A DNA stretch of 64,000 bases, from contig CATNEN010000034.1 of NCBI GenBank assembly GCA_950097015.1, positions 2,480,001-2,544,000 on the forward strand, read 5' to 3'. Below the pieces are notes generated by a model. It was not told the DNA's origin, did not search any database, and worked only from the letters and a program-made list of their open reading frames with translations. The translations under genes and the position numbers were made by a program. Positions 12,986 to 26,831 of this stretch are shown piece after piece. Every line of letters starts with the position of its first letter. Within the stretch, counting starts at the first letter, position 1. The stretch is from Macrostomum hystrix (lineage: Eukaryota > Animalia > Platyhelminthes).

Positions 12986-13459
12986 GGCGCGGGATGAGTG
13001 AGTACCTCGTGAGGTTGGAGCAGACGTAAAATTTTTTCACTAAGGTAAAGCTCTGTGATTGTGAGCTTCAGGCAGTGCAGCTCTGATCGTATAGTGCTAT
13101 ATATATAATCTGATATTGATTGCAGCTTTCAAAGTGAGCTCTGAGATGATTTGAGCACAGTGCGAGGAAAGACAAGGCACTGAAAGTCATTGGATTGGCT
13201 GACGCGCACGCTATACGCAGCCACGTTAGCAGCACAGTAAGGGGAGAATTATCCTCCTGTCTATCTCTCGCCATCTTCTTATGCTCCAACCTACCCGAAT
13301 ATATCTTCCCATTTTTAGCTTGAGTTCTTAGGGCTTAGCCGGCCCGCTATGAGGCGAGTTTTAGCCTCAAGCTTTCATTTTTGTCTTGAGCCATGCAGAA
13401 TCGTCTGCAGGTGATGGGGACTTGAAAGGAAAGTAATTAAACTGCAATATTTCAGTTTA

Positions 13460-13722
13460 TTCAGGCGCGCACGCCCCAGTTTTCCTGCCCCAAGCATCTG
13501 GGGTGATGTACTTATATCGCCGGCTGGGCGCACCCGCCCCGGTTTTCCTGCCCCAAGCATCTGGGGTGATGTACTTATATCGCTGGCTGGGCGCACCCAC
13601 CCCGGTTTTCTTGCCCCAAGCATCTGGGGTGATGTACTTATATCGCTGGCTGGGCGCACCCACCCCGGTTTTCCTGCCCCAAGCATCTGGGGTGATGTCC
13701 TTATATCGCTGGCTGGGCCCCA
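13460..13722. repeat. 63-bp minisatellite, about 4 copies, upstream of the ZIP gene; four units carry an MRE-like core (TGCRCNC on the minus strand)
   Basis: GGGCGCA at 13526, 13589, 13652; GCGCGCA at 13465. Confidence 0.88.
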
Positions 13723-14649
13723 GTTTTCATGCCTGCCACACTCAAGTACAAAAGGGACACCGTTTTCTCTAAATATAAAGTACCCAATGACTTGTGTTCG
13801 CCATATAAAGTTTTCTAATTAAATTAGGTACAATCGCACAGCACCGGTATTGGACTTCGGTTGATTAGCTAAAAAAGATCGGAACAGTCACTTACGGTGC
13901 GAGTGTCTCTTTTACTTTTAATCAAGAAGCTAATTTGCAAACATTTTTGTACATTAAAAATGCTGTGTATTTAGAGCTCGATCCGCGTATCTTTTATCCC
14001 ACATATTTAATTCTCGTCAGAGAGACCACTCATGGTTGACGTGCATCATGTTATTATCAAATTATTATTGTAATTAGGTTCAGAAATCCAAGAGGTTCCG
14101 TCAGCAGTACACGTACATCCTACATGCATAGATTAGCATAAGAGCGAGCTACATACGAGTAGGTGAAGAAAGCTACCTTTTCGCTGACCAATTTCTTCTG
14201 ACCATGTAAAAGCTAACTGGTTTTTTGTGTCCTTAGAGAATTTGTAAAAACTACTACAGTTCTTCTTCCGCTCTAATAAACAATCTCCACAATTTCCTTT
14301 CTTTGGAGTGAGAACCAAGCGTTGCCAACAGCTGCAGCCTTAGCTAGCGAGTCGGTAGACTAGAATTGCTGCTTGAGCCTGAGCCACGGGATGTGCACTA
14401 ATGCGAGACTTTCGAGTGAATGCGCGTGTCCTTCATTATTATGTGCACCAGAGTTTGAAAACAATCAATGGCAACCCTGTAAGTAGGACAACAAATTCTG
14501 CCCACCACAAAACAGTACCAAATTCCTTGCTTCAGAAGTTAAACTGTTAAACTAGTCAAGTACAATAAAGAAAAGTTATTGCACTCATAGTAACTCCGCA
14601 ATCAATCGATAAGAGAATGATAAACCAAATAAATGCTTTTTAAGTTACC

Positions 14650-14925
14650 AAACAGCCAATAAGAGAGAATCGCTAAACTAGCTTTCTGACCAATCAGAGA
14701 GAATCGATAAACTAACTTTCTGACCAATCAGAGAGAATCGCTAAACTAGCTTTCTGACCAATCAGGGAGAATCGATAAACTAACTTTCTGACCAATCAGA
14801 GAGAATCGATAGCTACGCTCGTGGCTTCCTGACCAATCAGAGAATCGCAAGCAGGAAGGACGCTAAGCAGATTAGAGAATTGAGAACAGACGGCCTGACC
14901 AATGAAAACAACTGACCAATCAGAG
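14650..14925. repeat. 34-bp tandem repeat carrying CCAAT motifs (8 CCAAT sites)
   Basis: CCAAT starts at 14656, 14690, 14724, 14758, 14792, 14833, 14899, 14916. Confidence 0.85.
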
Positions 14926-15060
14926 AGGATCTCAAACCTGATCAATCAGTGACCAAATCGAAGAAACTTACATGCAGATTCTTTTTACAGACTTAAAAAT
15001 AACTTAAACAATTCAGATAGCAATGTCGCAATTCGGAGAACCCATTTCAGGATATAACTA

Positions 15061-15066
15061 TTTATT
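15061..15066 (-). terminator. Candidate polyadenylation signal AATAAA for selenoprotein M
   Basis: TTTATT on plus, about 240 nt downstream of the SECIS. Confidence 0.45.
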
Positions 15067-15290
15067 GCCAATCGCATTCAAAGGAGCTATTTTTATCTAA
15101 TTATATTTATCGCCCTTTACATACCTAATGCACCATAGAGCATGAGAATACTTAAAGAACTGAACTTTGAGTTCCTAATCAACTGAGAAACTGTTAAAAG
15201 TACATAGGAGATAAGTACATAAGGAGCTCCTTGCGCCAGCACTGCACTGCCATCGAATTCAGCCCGCCAACCGCGCAACCACCCGGGCCA

Positions 15291-15375
15291 GCCAGTGGAG
15301 CTGCACTGTCAGCCAGTCGGGACAAAATCCTTGGAAGGGATTTTTTTAGACACGACGGCGTCATAGGCGTCTGGC
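15291..15375 (-). promoter_or_regulatory. Type II SECIS element in the selenoprotein M 3' UTR
   Basis: Minus strand AUGAC-GCCGUCGUGUC-U-AAA-[AAAAUCC CUUCCAA GGAUUUU]-GUCCCGACUGGC-UGAC: UGA/GA quartet, helix II (GCC/GGC, GUCG/CGAC), unpaired AAA and a perfect 7-bp ministem. Core 15308-15364; helix I (GCCAG/CUGGC) is less clear. Confidence 0.88.
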
Positions 15376-15694
15376 CAGGGTTGGAAAACAACGGCGACGA
15401 GTTAGAAGCGAACGGAGTGAACAGGCGAAGCACTGTGAGTAATAATAAAACACTGGACTATTTTGTTTGCGCGTATAGCTACTGTAAGTAAAGCGCTTCG
15501 GTCAACTGTTAGATTAGGACTAAACGACGTAATCGTGACCTACGCATGGTTAAAACTGTTTTTTTGGCACAGAATATGATTTGAGAAATGAAATTTAAAA
15601 GTAAGCAAAAAGTAATTCCAGAACTTTTATGATTCAGATTGCAGAGTGTTGACAGCCTACACACAACAGACATATTGCAGTACACGGGGAGATT

Positions 15695-16156
15695 CTAAAG
15701 ATCATCGCGACCGGAACTGTCGGCATCGGACTCCTGGATAGGCGTGGGCGCCGGGTCTGGCTGGCCATAAGTGCGCTCAACTCCGCCCTCCTGCGCGTCA
15801 GCGGAGGCCTTTTTAAAGCCTCGACGAGCCAGCAGGGCGTTAATATCGGCGCGGCTCATTTCGGAGATGTCGATGCGCTGCACGACCCGCCTAGCCGAGT
15901 TCAGAAGGCACAGCGTTGGCGGCGCGCCGGGAACGCGCTTAAAGTACACGTCGCGCAGCTCGGGCACGTCGGTGTACACAAAAGCGCGCACCTCCGGCAG
16001 GCTGTTTAAACGTCATCCACCGCAGGACTCCACAACAGCGAGACGAATCTCACGATCTGTCTCATTAGGAGAAGCATCATCTAGAGGACCTTCGTAAAAC
16101 TCTTTGCCAACTGAAAGGCTGACTAGGAGAAGAAGAATTAGTGCTTGAGCCTGCAT
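15695..16156 (-). CDS. SELENOM: Selenoprotein M (Sep15/SelM family), intronless, 153 aa, Sec at codon 48
   Basis: MQAQALILLLLVSLSVG signal peptide; VVESCGGURLNSLPEVRAFV with in-frame TGA at 16015-16013 (CxxU motif); C-terminal RDDL ER-retention-like signal; SECIS downstream. Confidence 0.93.
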
Positions 16157-17577
16157 GCTGGTTGGCTGAAAGGTGACATTGATAGAATGATTGAACGACC
16201 TCTTCCTTGCCTCAAAAATTCATATCGGAACAGCATATACCTTATGTTATGTTATGTTATGTTATGTTATGTTAAGAAGATACAATAGATTTAGTATGTG
16301 AGTGGCAATCTATTTCTAGACTCAAGAATTTAGTTTCCTTATTCACACTAAAACAAAAAATAGAAGTATATTCTACAATAATGCTAATAGCTAATTCAAT
16401 GACTAATAGTCAGCTGTAAAAATACATTTAACATTACTATTGAATCAAATTGTAGATAATATAATAGACAGAATTAAATCTATAAAAAAGTTTTCGCCTT
16501 AAAAATATCATTTGTTTAATCTCCTATTTATTATTATAGAAGTGACTCAAAAATATTTTTATGTGTGTATTATGTGTGTAAAATATTTAAATGTGTGATA
16601 AATAGTAAGTTATAAGTATTATAATGTCTAGAAGCCTATATCAACAAAAATTGAACATTCAAATTATATGAAGCTATAAATTTACAAACCTATATTATAA
16701 AGTTAAACTAGTAAAATATTTTAACATTGTAACAAAAAATTGTTAAGTTGGCTTGTACAATTATACATTTAATATAGAGCAAAAAACGGATTTTATTTTG
16801 ATTAACATGTTTGTGAATATATTTATCCAATAATATATATACCACAGGCATGTGGAATTTTTAATTTTTTATTTAAGCAATCAAAACCTGAGGCAATCTG
16901 CTTTTTTATTTTCTATACTCTATAGTCAAAAATATCTTTACTCTATAGTCAAAAATAACAGCAATTGTACCTGAATACATGCTTTTGCGTACATATTATG
17001 CAAAAATCGAATATGTTAAAAAATAGTTTGCCTGCTTGCTTACTTCTTAATGCATGCTAAGCCCAATCGCATCTTGAAGAAGTGGTTGCCTTCTTATATT
17101 TTTACTCGGCTAAGCAATTTATTGACGATTCAAATGTGTGATCGTGATTAAATTGAAACAATGTATAGTGCGTGGCAATATTATAAAATCTCGAAATAAA
17201 TTTGTTTAATTTATTATATTTTTAGAATACGACAGAAAGTCGAGCTAGTATAACCCACGCGCAGCCAAGATTTAATATTCAAATTCAAATGACATATTTT
17301 GTTAAATACATTTGACTTCCGTTAAAGTTTTATCCGGAATTCCGACCGGAAAAATATCAACATTATACAAGCCTGCACTGTTTGTCCGTTCCAGTATTTT
17401 CACATTTTTATCGTATATTACGACTCTTGTATGCTGTTCTCAATGGCGAAGACAGCGGCCATGATCTCCAGATGAACTCCCAATTGGAATCGCCACTATG
17501 ACCTTACCAAGGCATTGGCTCTTGCATATACTTGCATATTGCGATTGGGCTAGCTGATCCCATTAGAAGACCCATTA

Positions 17578-17940
17578 AAAATAATAGTAATTGTAGGATG
17601 GCTGCAGACAATGGCAAATCATTTGTTGACACTAGACCCGCAGTCAGCGAGGAGGCATTTCTGCCCATTTCGCTAACTCCTGAGCACACACTCACACAGA
17701 TACTGTACACAGGCACACGCTCACATAGGTGTGTAAATATGCCCAGACTTTCTCATCGTCAGACAGTGTTGCACTTCACTGTTTCTTGGAGGTTGGCCCA
17801 TGAAGGGCGTAAATTGCACGACAAGCACCCAAACCTTTTCTCCGCAGCTGCGTCCCAAACGAATGTGGCCTTGCCGCGGAATCGAGCTCAGGAACATGGT
17901 GCGAGAGGCAGACGTGTTAACCGCTCTGCCACTGACCCCT
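17578..17940 (-). mobile_element. SINE family A, full-length, diverged copy
   Basis: tRNA-like head (TGGCAGAGCGGT A-box-like, GAGCTCGATTCC B-box-like), shared body, TTA-rich tail. Confidence 0.88.
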
Positions 17941-18519
17941 TAGACAAAAATCCTGGCTACACCACTGGCTGTGCTTTTATATTTTAGTATTTAAATTGGC
18001 CCAACTATGGTTTCGGTACATAAACGCAAACTATAAATTTGCTCCTAGAAACAGCAAAAGTCGACCTATATATCTTTTAACTCTGAGCCATTGTTTAACT
18101 TTTGTGTCTTTTTGTATCTTGCGTCTTCGAAAATTATCAAGCAATGAAGTCAACGAAAGTATTCCCTTTGTTCAATTCAGCAGACAGAGACTGATAGTCA
18201 GAATAAACAAACCCGAAAAGTTAGGCATGTATGTATATGTGATTGGTGCGAACAACTAAATCTGTACTTGAGAGTATACAACAAGAGAGAATACAGCAAT
18301 TTTAGACAGCATTGGCTTGCTAAGTAACTCAACAAACACGCGCAACTAGCATTCACCGGATTATAAAAAACTAAATGAACTGTACCACACAAACTTATTT
18401 GACGCGCAAAGGACAATAGGAAGTGGTAATATAATTTAGACTAATTTTGTGTTTTATAAGAAATGAGGCGGGTGCACATTTTTTTTCCGCGAAATGAGTC
18501 GAAAGCACATTTTCCCCCT

Positions 18520-18730
18520 AAAATGGGGTGGGTGCAGACTTTTTAACCCGCGTAGTGAGGTGGGTGCACAATTTATTCTCCATAGGATGGGGTGGGTGCA
18601 GACTTTTTAACCCGCGAAGTGAGGTGGGTGCACAATATATTCTCCATAGAATGGGGTGGGTGCAGACTTTTTAACCCGCGGAGTGAGGTGGGTGCACAAT
18701 TTATTCTCCATAGAATGGGGTGGGGCAGAC
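18520..18730. repeat. 64-bp minisatellite, about 3.5 copies, downstream of ARF6
   Basis: ATGGGG starts at 18523, 18587, 18651. Confidence 0.85.
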
Positions 18731-19557
18731 TTTTCTACGCAAAGCAGCAGTTATAGGCGATAAACTGGAGAGTCAAAAAGCGACAGTTGAGAAGTTCACT
18801 TTAGACTTGCCTTCAGTTTAACTTCCAGTAAACTAATACTTCTGCTTACATCATGTGTAGAGGTCGAATACCTAATGACTGAATGCTATAATAAAAAAAT
18901 AATGTTCGTCAATTCAATCCTAAGACTTACCTCACTAAAACATTGTATTTGTTGTTAGAGCTTATATGAAACATTTTAATGATTTTGAGCTAAAATTACA
19001 ATAAACTAATTATATGTTTTCGTATATTTTTGTCACAGCGAATTAGGACAGTAAAAATGGCGTTTTTTCTAACAATCAAGTACATGTTAAAAATAGATTA
19101 TACTGTGAGATGAAACTTAACACCATGTTAGACTGGGTGCGTATGCAATTTGGCAGACATAAAAAGATAAGAACAGCTACGCGAAACTTTTATATCAATT
19201 GCAGCTAGAGCAAAGCCATCTGACCAGAAAGTCTGGCCAGCTAAAAAAACAGTTAAGAAAACGCCAAATCAAAATGCAAAAAATTGACAAAGGCAAACTA
19301 GTTTAAGCGACAAAAAATTAAAAGTCATGTAAAACGCGGGGCTAGATAAGAAACAATAGTAATAGAAACTAAACCATACAGAGACAAGTACATTGTTAAT
19401 GCCCACCACTTTAGATTAACAAAGGCAGATAAATCTGAAATGCAGTCCCAGCCTAGTAAATCACTAAAAACTGATTCGACCGGAACTTTCTTAACCAATG
19501 ATACAAATTATAGGCAACTAAAGTGTTCTCTGTACTATAACTCGCAATAAACTGTGC

Positions 19558-20729
<1,172 letters not shown>

Positions 20730-22682
20730 TCAGGTCAGTCCAACAATTTTAGAATTATTATTGATATTTAAGCAAGGGGCTATAATATTTTTTTCCTTTA
20801 ACTTTTGATGTCAATGATGCAAAACTTGTGCTGCATGACAAATTTGAGTGAGCTGAAATTGAATTAACAAAAAATGTTTTCTTTAGGCACTAGATACTAC
20901 AAAAATGGATCTATTTGATTATAGGTAAAAAATGTAATTAAAATAGAAAATAAAATGAAATAAAAAAAGAAAAAAAACGAAAAATAAATAAACAAAAAAT
21001 GATTCATCCGCGAATTTTTGTACATTTTTGTTTGAATGCTTACTAAATTGGTCGTATTTTGTTTAAATTGTAACATTTTCGTATAAAAACAGAAGCAGAA
21101 TCGAGGTAAAACTTCAACCTTGTTTGATACAAAGTTCGAATACAAATATAAAAACTTTGTTAACAGCCATTTGTGTGCAAAAAATGTTAAATAAAAAATT
21201 AAGCTTAATGAAAACAAATATTAGCTAGACTTTAACAAGTTTTCTTAACTATATTATTATATAATATAATATATTTAAAAAGCTACTTGCTGGGTCCCAC
21301 TATAGTAAATAGTCCATTTTGGTGTTTACATGGAATAGCTAAAGTGTACACATTGTTTTTGGTGCACTGCTAGAAAAATTATAAAATTTGATAAATGAGT
21401 AGTAAAACAAAGTCAATTTTTTCTTGTCAACAACTTTTCTTACTTGTTGCTACTATTCTTTAGATGCCATATATGCAACTTACCTACCAGAGGGTAGCTA
21501 GTTGTTTTGGCCATAATTATTTTGGCTATAAACATTTTGGTCAAAACAATTTGAGCATCAAACTAATTCCACCATTTTTTAATGAATACAATTACAAGAT
21601 ATTATCCATATAACCAAAATTATTTCAATTTCAAAATGTTTTCTAACAAATGAGTTTTATTATTGATAAGGAAAGTAATTAATGCTTCAATTCAAAAGTT
21701 TTGGGGGCATTGACTGATACACCAATACCCACTGGCTACACCACAGTATGTAACCATTTCCTTCAATTTTGCGATGCAAAATAACAAGTTCAATCATTTT
21801 AGGTAAATAAAAAGTAGGAAAAGTTCTAATTTAAATAAGCTAGAACCATTGGAATTATAGAAACCTTTTTAGAAGAAAGTAATCATTTTCTGATAAAACT
21901 GTTTCTATTTTACTATTAAAAATGTAAATTTCTTGTCCACTTTGCTTACAATTAAAGATGCAGTCTTTTGCACTAAATAGGGCCTAGCTTTTTACATGGC
22001 TACAAACATTAATAGAGCCTAGGCCTACTCTAATACACTAGGGGTATGGTAGGCCTATGGCTTAACAAATATACATAGGTTAGGTTAGAATGCTAGTCCT
22101 GCCATGCCTGCTAGTCCTGCTAATTACAATTTTGCCTACCAATTTATGTGGCTGTAAATGGATCAAATAAACATGGATAGGATTAGGATTTACAGTAAGT
22201 CAATAAAATTGACCTAAGGTTGCAAGACTAGTATTCTAGTACACAAGACTAGTATATAAGAAATTATTCTGGTCATACGCATAATAACGTAGAAATAGAA
22301 ACTTAATGAAAAATTGACGTACAATGAACACAGGGCATAGGGTTATTCTTTCCTCTTGATTATTACGGCTCTTAAAAGTATTTAAGGTTTCGTACTTTTT
22401 CTCTCCAATATTTCTAGCAAAATTCTGTTATTTAAGTGTGGAAAATATTTTTTAAACTATATAACGAGTTTTATTTTAATTTTACATACCTTAGCTGAAT
22501 TTTTCAAGTAAAGCTGCCCTAAAGCCCAATATAGTGCCAATAATTTGTTTTTTTCTAAATGTGTCGCCTTAAATATTTAAATTATTGTTGCCGACGTGTT
22601 ATTTCAGCCCCATCTCTGTATTCAGGTATTCAGATAAATATCAAGTTCATCGGAATTGCGTCTGATTAACTCTAAACATACA

Positions 22683-25105
22683 ATGTCAAAGATTGAATCC
22701 ATGAATTGTGTTATTTTTGCATTGATGTTTGCCATTATGGCAACCGGTGGAAACGCTCTATATTTTCATATAGGCGAGACTGAAACAAAATGCTTCATTG
22801 AAGAAATCCCAGAGGACACTTTACTTGTTGGTAGGTATTTTCTTGCTTAGATGGCAGCCTTGTTTTTTTATAAATAGTTCTCTTGACAAACCAATTACTC
22901 TGTTTTGCAACCTAGTGTTTTTTATTCTACATTGTCATTTTTAACAAGAAGAATGCTAATGGATTACTTCTAATAACAATTAGCTAGTAGTATATAATAT
23001 TTATTATAAAAATGAAAATCATTTTACCAGTTGAGCTTTGTCAGGTTTAAATGTGACTTTGCGACAGTGATTTTCATCATAATAAAATTGATTTTAAATA
23101 AGCAAGTGGGCACATCGGGCTGTAGGCTCAGCATTTAGGTCAAAAGATGCTTGCTTGCTGGTATGGATTAGCTAGAAAATAAATATATTAATAATCTTCT
23201 TACCAGCCTAATACTGTAAATGTACTACTCTGCTCTCAGAAAATCCTAGACAGACAGTTTGTTTAAATACAGTATATTAGATCGAGTGACTGTTGCTTTT
23301 TAAGTTTTATAACTTTGTACTTTTGAGTATTAAGCATCTCTCTAGCTTCTAGCTATAGTAGCTATCTTGTTTTATGTACACATAAATATGTATAGTATCT
23401 GTGACATTTTGTGGCATTATGTGTATAAACTAGGTAGCTTTTATATACTAAAAACTTGCTTTATATTATAAAGTACAACTTATTTTACAATTACAAATGT
23501 AGTCTTTTGCATTATAAATATATATTTATAAATTAATATTTTTTGTTCAGGTGGGAGTATTTCTAACAGAAGGAACATATTTTAAGAGAATTAGTGCTTG
23601 ATTTTTTCTGAACTTTATTATTTATTAGCAAAAGTGTTACTTGATCTATAGAACTTTTTGAGATTTAGTTCAAAACTTTATAATAATATATGATAACACA
23701 AAAGTAAGTAATTCTGATTAACTAGACTACAGTATTTCTAAACCCATGACAAAAGATGTCAAAATTCTATAGAATTCTTAAGGTATGGTTGTTTTTCACA
23801 TGTTTATATGCTGCTTACTTAAGAGTACATCACCTTTTTAATGTATAAAATATAATTCTGTTTTGACTAATGCTGTGACTGCCTTGTTTGACCATTGACA
23901 CCTTGGCAAGCTTTAGTGTTATATAATATATATGTATAAGCAAAACTGATTATAGAAAGAATTTTGACAGCTTACTTAATCTATATAGTATTGAGATTAG
24001 GCTATAAATTTCTGGACAAACAAGTGAAAGTTATTGAAATTGCTTTTTGTTTCTATACTTTACTAATCCAAACACTTTAAATAACTAATTTATATTCCTT
24101 TGCAATACTATCACACACAGGCAAGTACAAGGTTGAGATATTTGACAAGGGTCAAAACAAATTTGTGCCCACTGTTAGCGGCCTGGGCATGCATGTTGAA
24201 ATCAAGGATCCTGACCGCAAGATGGTACTGTCGCGCACATATTCCGACCAGGGACAATTTAGCTTTACTTCTCACACATCTGGTGAGCACACCATCTGCC
24301 TGCACTCCAATTCGTCCGCCTGGTTCAATAGCGGCCAGCTGCGTGTTCACCTGGACATCCAGGTTGGCGAGCACGCTCAGGACTACTATGCCATCGCTGC
24401 CAAGGATAAGCTGACCGACCTTGAGCTGCGTGTTCGCCAACTGCTCGACCAGGTTGAACAGATCTCCAAGGAGCAAAACTACCAACGAGTGAGTCAGCTT
24501 TGACAGCTTTTTATTAGTGGCTGACACGTGAAGGCATGGACTGTGACTGTGATTGAGCTCATAAATAGGAAAGATTGAGCATACCCTGTGGTGAAAATCG
24601 GTCTTTGAGCACAACCTGGGTGTCGGGGAACCAAACACGATTATTGATTGCACCTGGCCTAGTTAGGCCAAATGTGCAGCCGAAAGCACAGCCGCAGTGC
24701 ATCTGAAGGCTGTGTATGGCTGTTCAGTCCATGGACTGGGGGGCATCACACCCACCTTGAATTTCCTTAGCTAATGCTGGTACCCTGTGAATCACGATTT
24801 AGCCCTCCGCAACCGATGAATAGGATGCTGGAACTGAAGCAACGCAGAGTGTCTCGCTAAACTTTTTTCGGTGGACTGAGGAATTGAACCACCGACCTTC
24901 AATTGTGAAAAGCGGTCATTGAGCTCAGCTCAACCACTGTTCTCCATCATTCCAGCATCGCGAGGAGGTGTTCCGCCGCATCAGTGAGAGCACGAACCAG
25001 CGCGTACTTTGGTGGTCAATCCTGCAGACTGTCATCCTGCTTGGCACCGGATTCTGGCAGATGCGCCATCTGAAATCCTTCTTCCAGGCCAAGAAGCTGG
25101 TCTAA
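22683..25105 (+). CDS. TMED9: p24-alpha cargo receptor (TMED4/TMED9/gp25L-like)
   Basis: Exons 22683-22830, 24121-24488, 24956-25105; [23 protein letters not shown] domain, coiled coil, TM and C-terminal FFQAKKLV (FF + KKxx). AATAAA at 25729 and 25749 followed by a GU-rich tract. TMED4 versus TMED9 cannot be resolved. Confidence 0.93.
24648..24939 (-). mobile_element. tRNA-derived SINE family B in TMED intron 2
   Basis: Minus strand begins CAGTGGTTGAGC... with B box GGTTCAATTCC (24890-24880); parts of the body recur at 25916-25954, 42645-42755 and about 43312-43335. Confidence 0.75.
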
Positions 25106-26831
25106 TTTCCGTAATTCTCTTTTGCTTGGACGATTAGATCTGTTTCAACTTTAGTTTTGTTTTTTGTCTGGGCAAATTCTTCTACTAGTTATTCTTCAGC
25201 GTCTCCCTAGCCATGTTTTCTTGATTTTTTCATTCTCTTCTATGTCTGAGTCCCATTGATTAGGTTTTGAATAATATAACAAATTATTTTAATAGTCAGT
25301 CATGAGTCTACTTATCTGAAAAGACTGAGCGCTAACTCCTTACCTGTGCCTGCTCCAAATGCGCAAATGTTCGGTGTCGGCTTGTTCAAACGTGTGCGCT
25401 TCTGGTTATCATCTAATCTGTGTTTTGTTTGTTATTTGTTGTTGCTTTTCTCTATGCTGTATGTTTTGACACAAAAATCTAATCTATTTGCTGTCCGCTT
25501 ACCTATATTTATCATTAACTTTCCCAACCCTAAATGTTGCCCAGTTGTCTGTGTGTTTTCATACAAAAGTGCACGACTCAGCCAATAACATGCATCCTAA
25601 CGTAAAAGAATTCTACTGATTTAGACTTATTCACTGTTTTTTTGGTTTAGTTTGCGTGGCAATTTAGTTGCCATTTGTTATCAGAGTGTGTCCCGCACTC
25701 GACTCGACGTGAAGCCGGAGATCTGTTAAATAAAATACATGTGTATGAAATAAACTCACTTGATTGTTGTTTTGTTTGGGTTAGTTTTTGTTATGATTCC
25801 AAAATATCATGACAGGCTTATCCTAAGGACAGGGCATTGTCAGGGCTGGCTGGTTATGAAGGCAATTTCTTAGAAAACAATGCGGAATTTTTTGCTGAAT
25901 TTGCTATTAAAATTGCTATTCATCGGTTGCGGAGGGCTAAATCGTGATTCACAGTTCGCCGGGATCATGGACTTATCTAGCTAGCGTACAGGCTGTTCAA
26001 TATCGATTTCTTCAACACTATAAACTGAATGGCAAACTTTTAAGCACAAAGCATGGTCACTGACACTGTTACTGTTGAAGTCATTCAAACCACCATTGTA
26101 GGTGAGGCAGCGGAGTCCGTAGCTCAGCACGTGTTTTGTGACAGTTTGTCAGTTTGATTGTCTGTCAGACAGTCTGTCTGCACAATGACAGTGACCGTTC
26201 TTTGTACTTAAATTTTGCTTTTTAGTTCGTTTGTCTTTGAGTTTATTGCGTTGCCAAAGTTGAATACGCGCGTTAACCGATTCTACCATAGACATGTTGC
26301 CGGCAGGCGTCAGCTTTCTCGATGGGCTGCCAAAATTGAATTGAAATTATTGAATCAATTGCCAAAGTCGAGATTGAAAAATGTTTATTCAGTGCCATCC
26401 ATTACGAGCTATCCAGTATCTAATGAATTCAACCATAGACAACGGCACAGGGCGAGCTGTCGTAGGTCCTTGGCGTAGGTTTAAAATAAAAAGGGCGAAA
26501 TTTCTACTGCTATCGTATAGTCTATGGTAGAAACTTGATACTGGAATATTGACACCCCCTATATGCCCCGCAGATCCTAGAACAAATTGTTTTAGAAATA
26601 AACTTTTCTAAAGAGAAAATCTCATGCTTAAGGCGTAGGGGTGGCCATATATGGCATTTTAAGTGCTTACTCATGTCCCTTACTTTTTTATACTGTCTAT
26701 GGACCAATACGTCAATGGAGTGAAATAATGCTGGGCTGTTTACCGGAAGTTTCACTACTTTAATTCTGGTAAAAACAAAGTTAAAGTATTGATAATTAAA
26801 TTGATTTTAAAATTGATACACTCGATCAGAA

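Noticed and set aside
15194-15491. Short ORFs on both strands at 15.2-15.5 kb
   Set aside because: They overlap the SECIS; the GC-rich composition is explained by RNA structure in the SelM 3' UTR.
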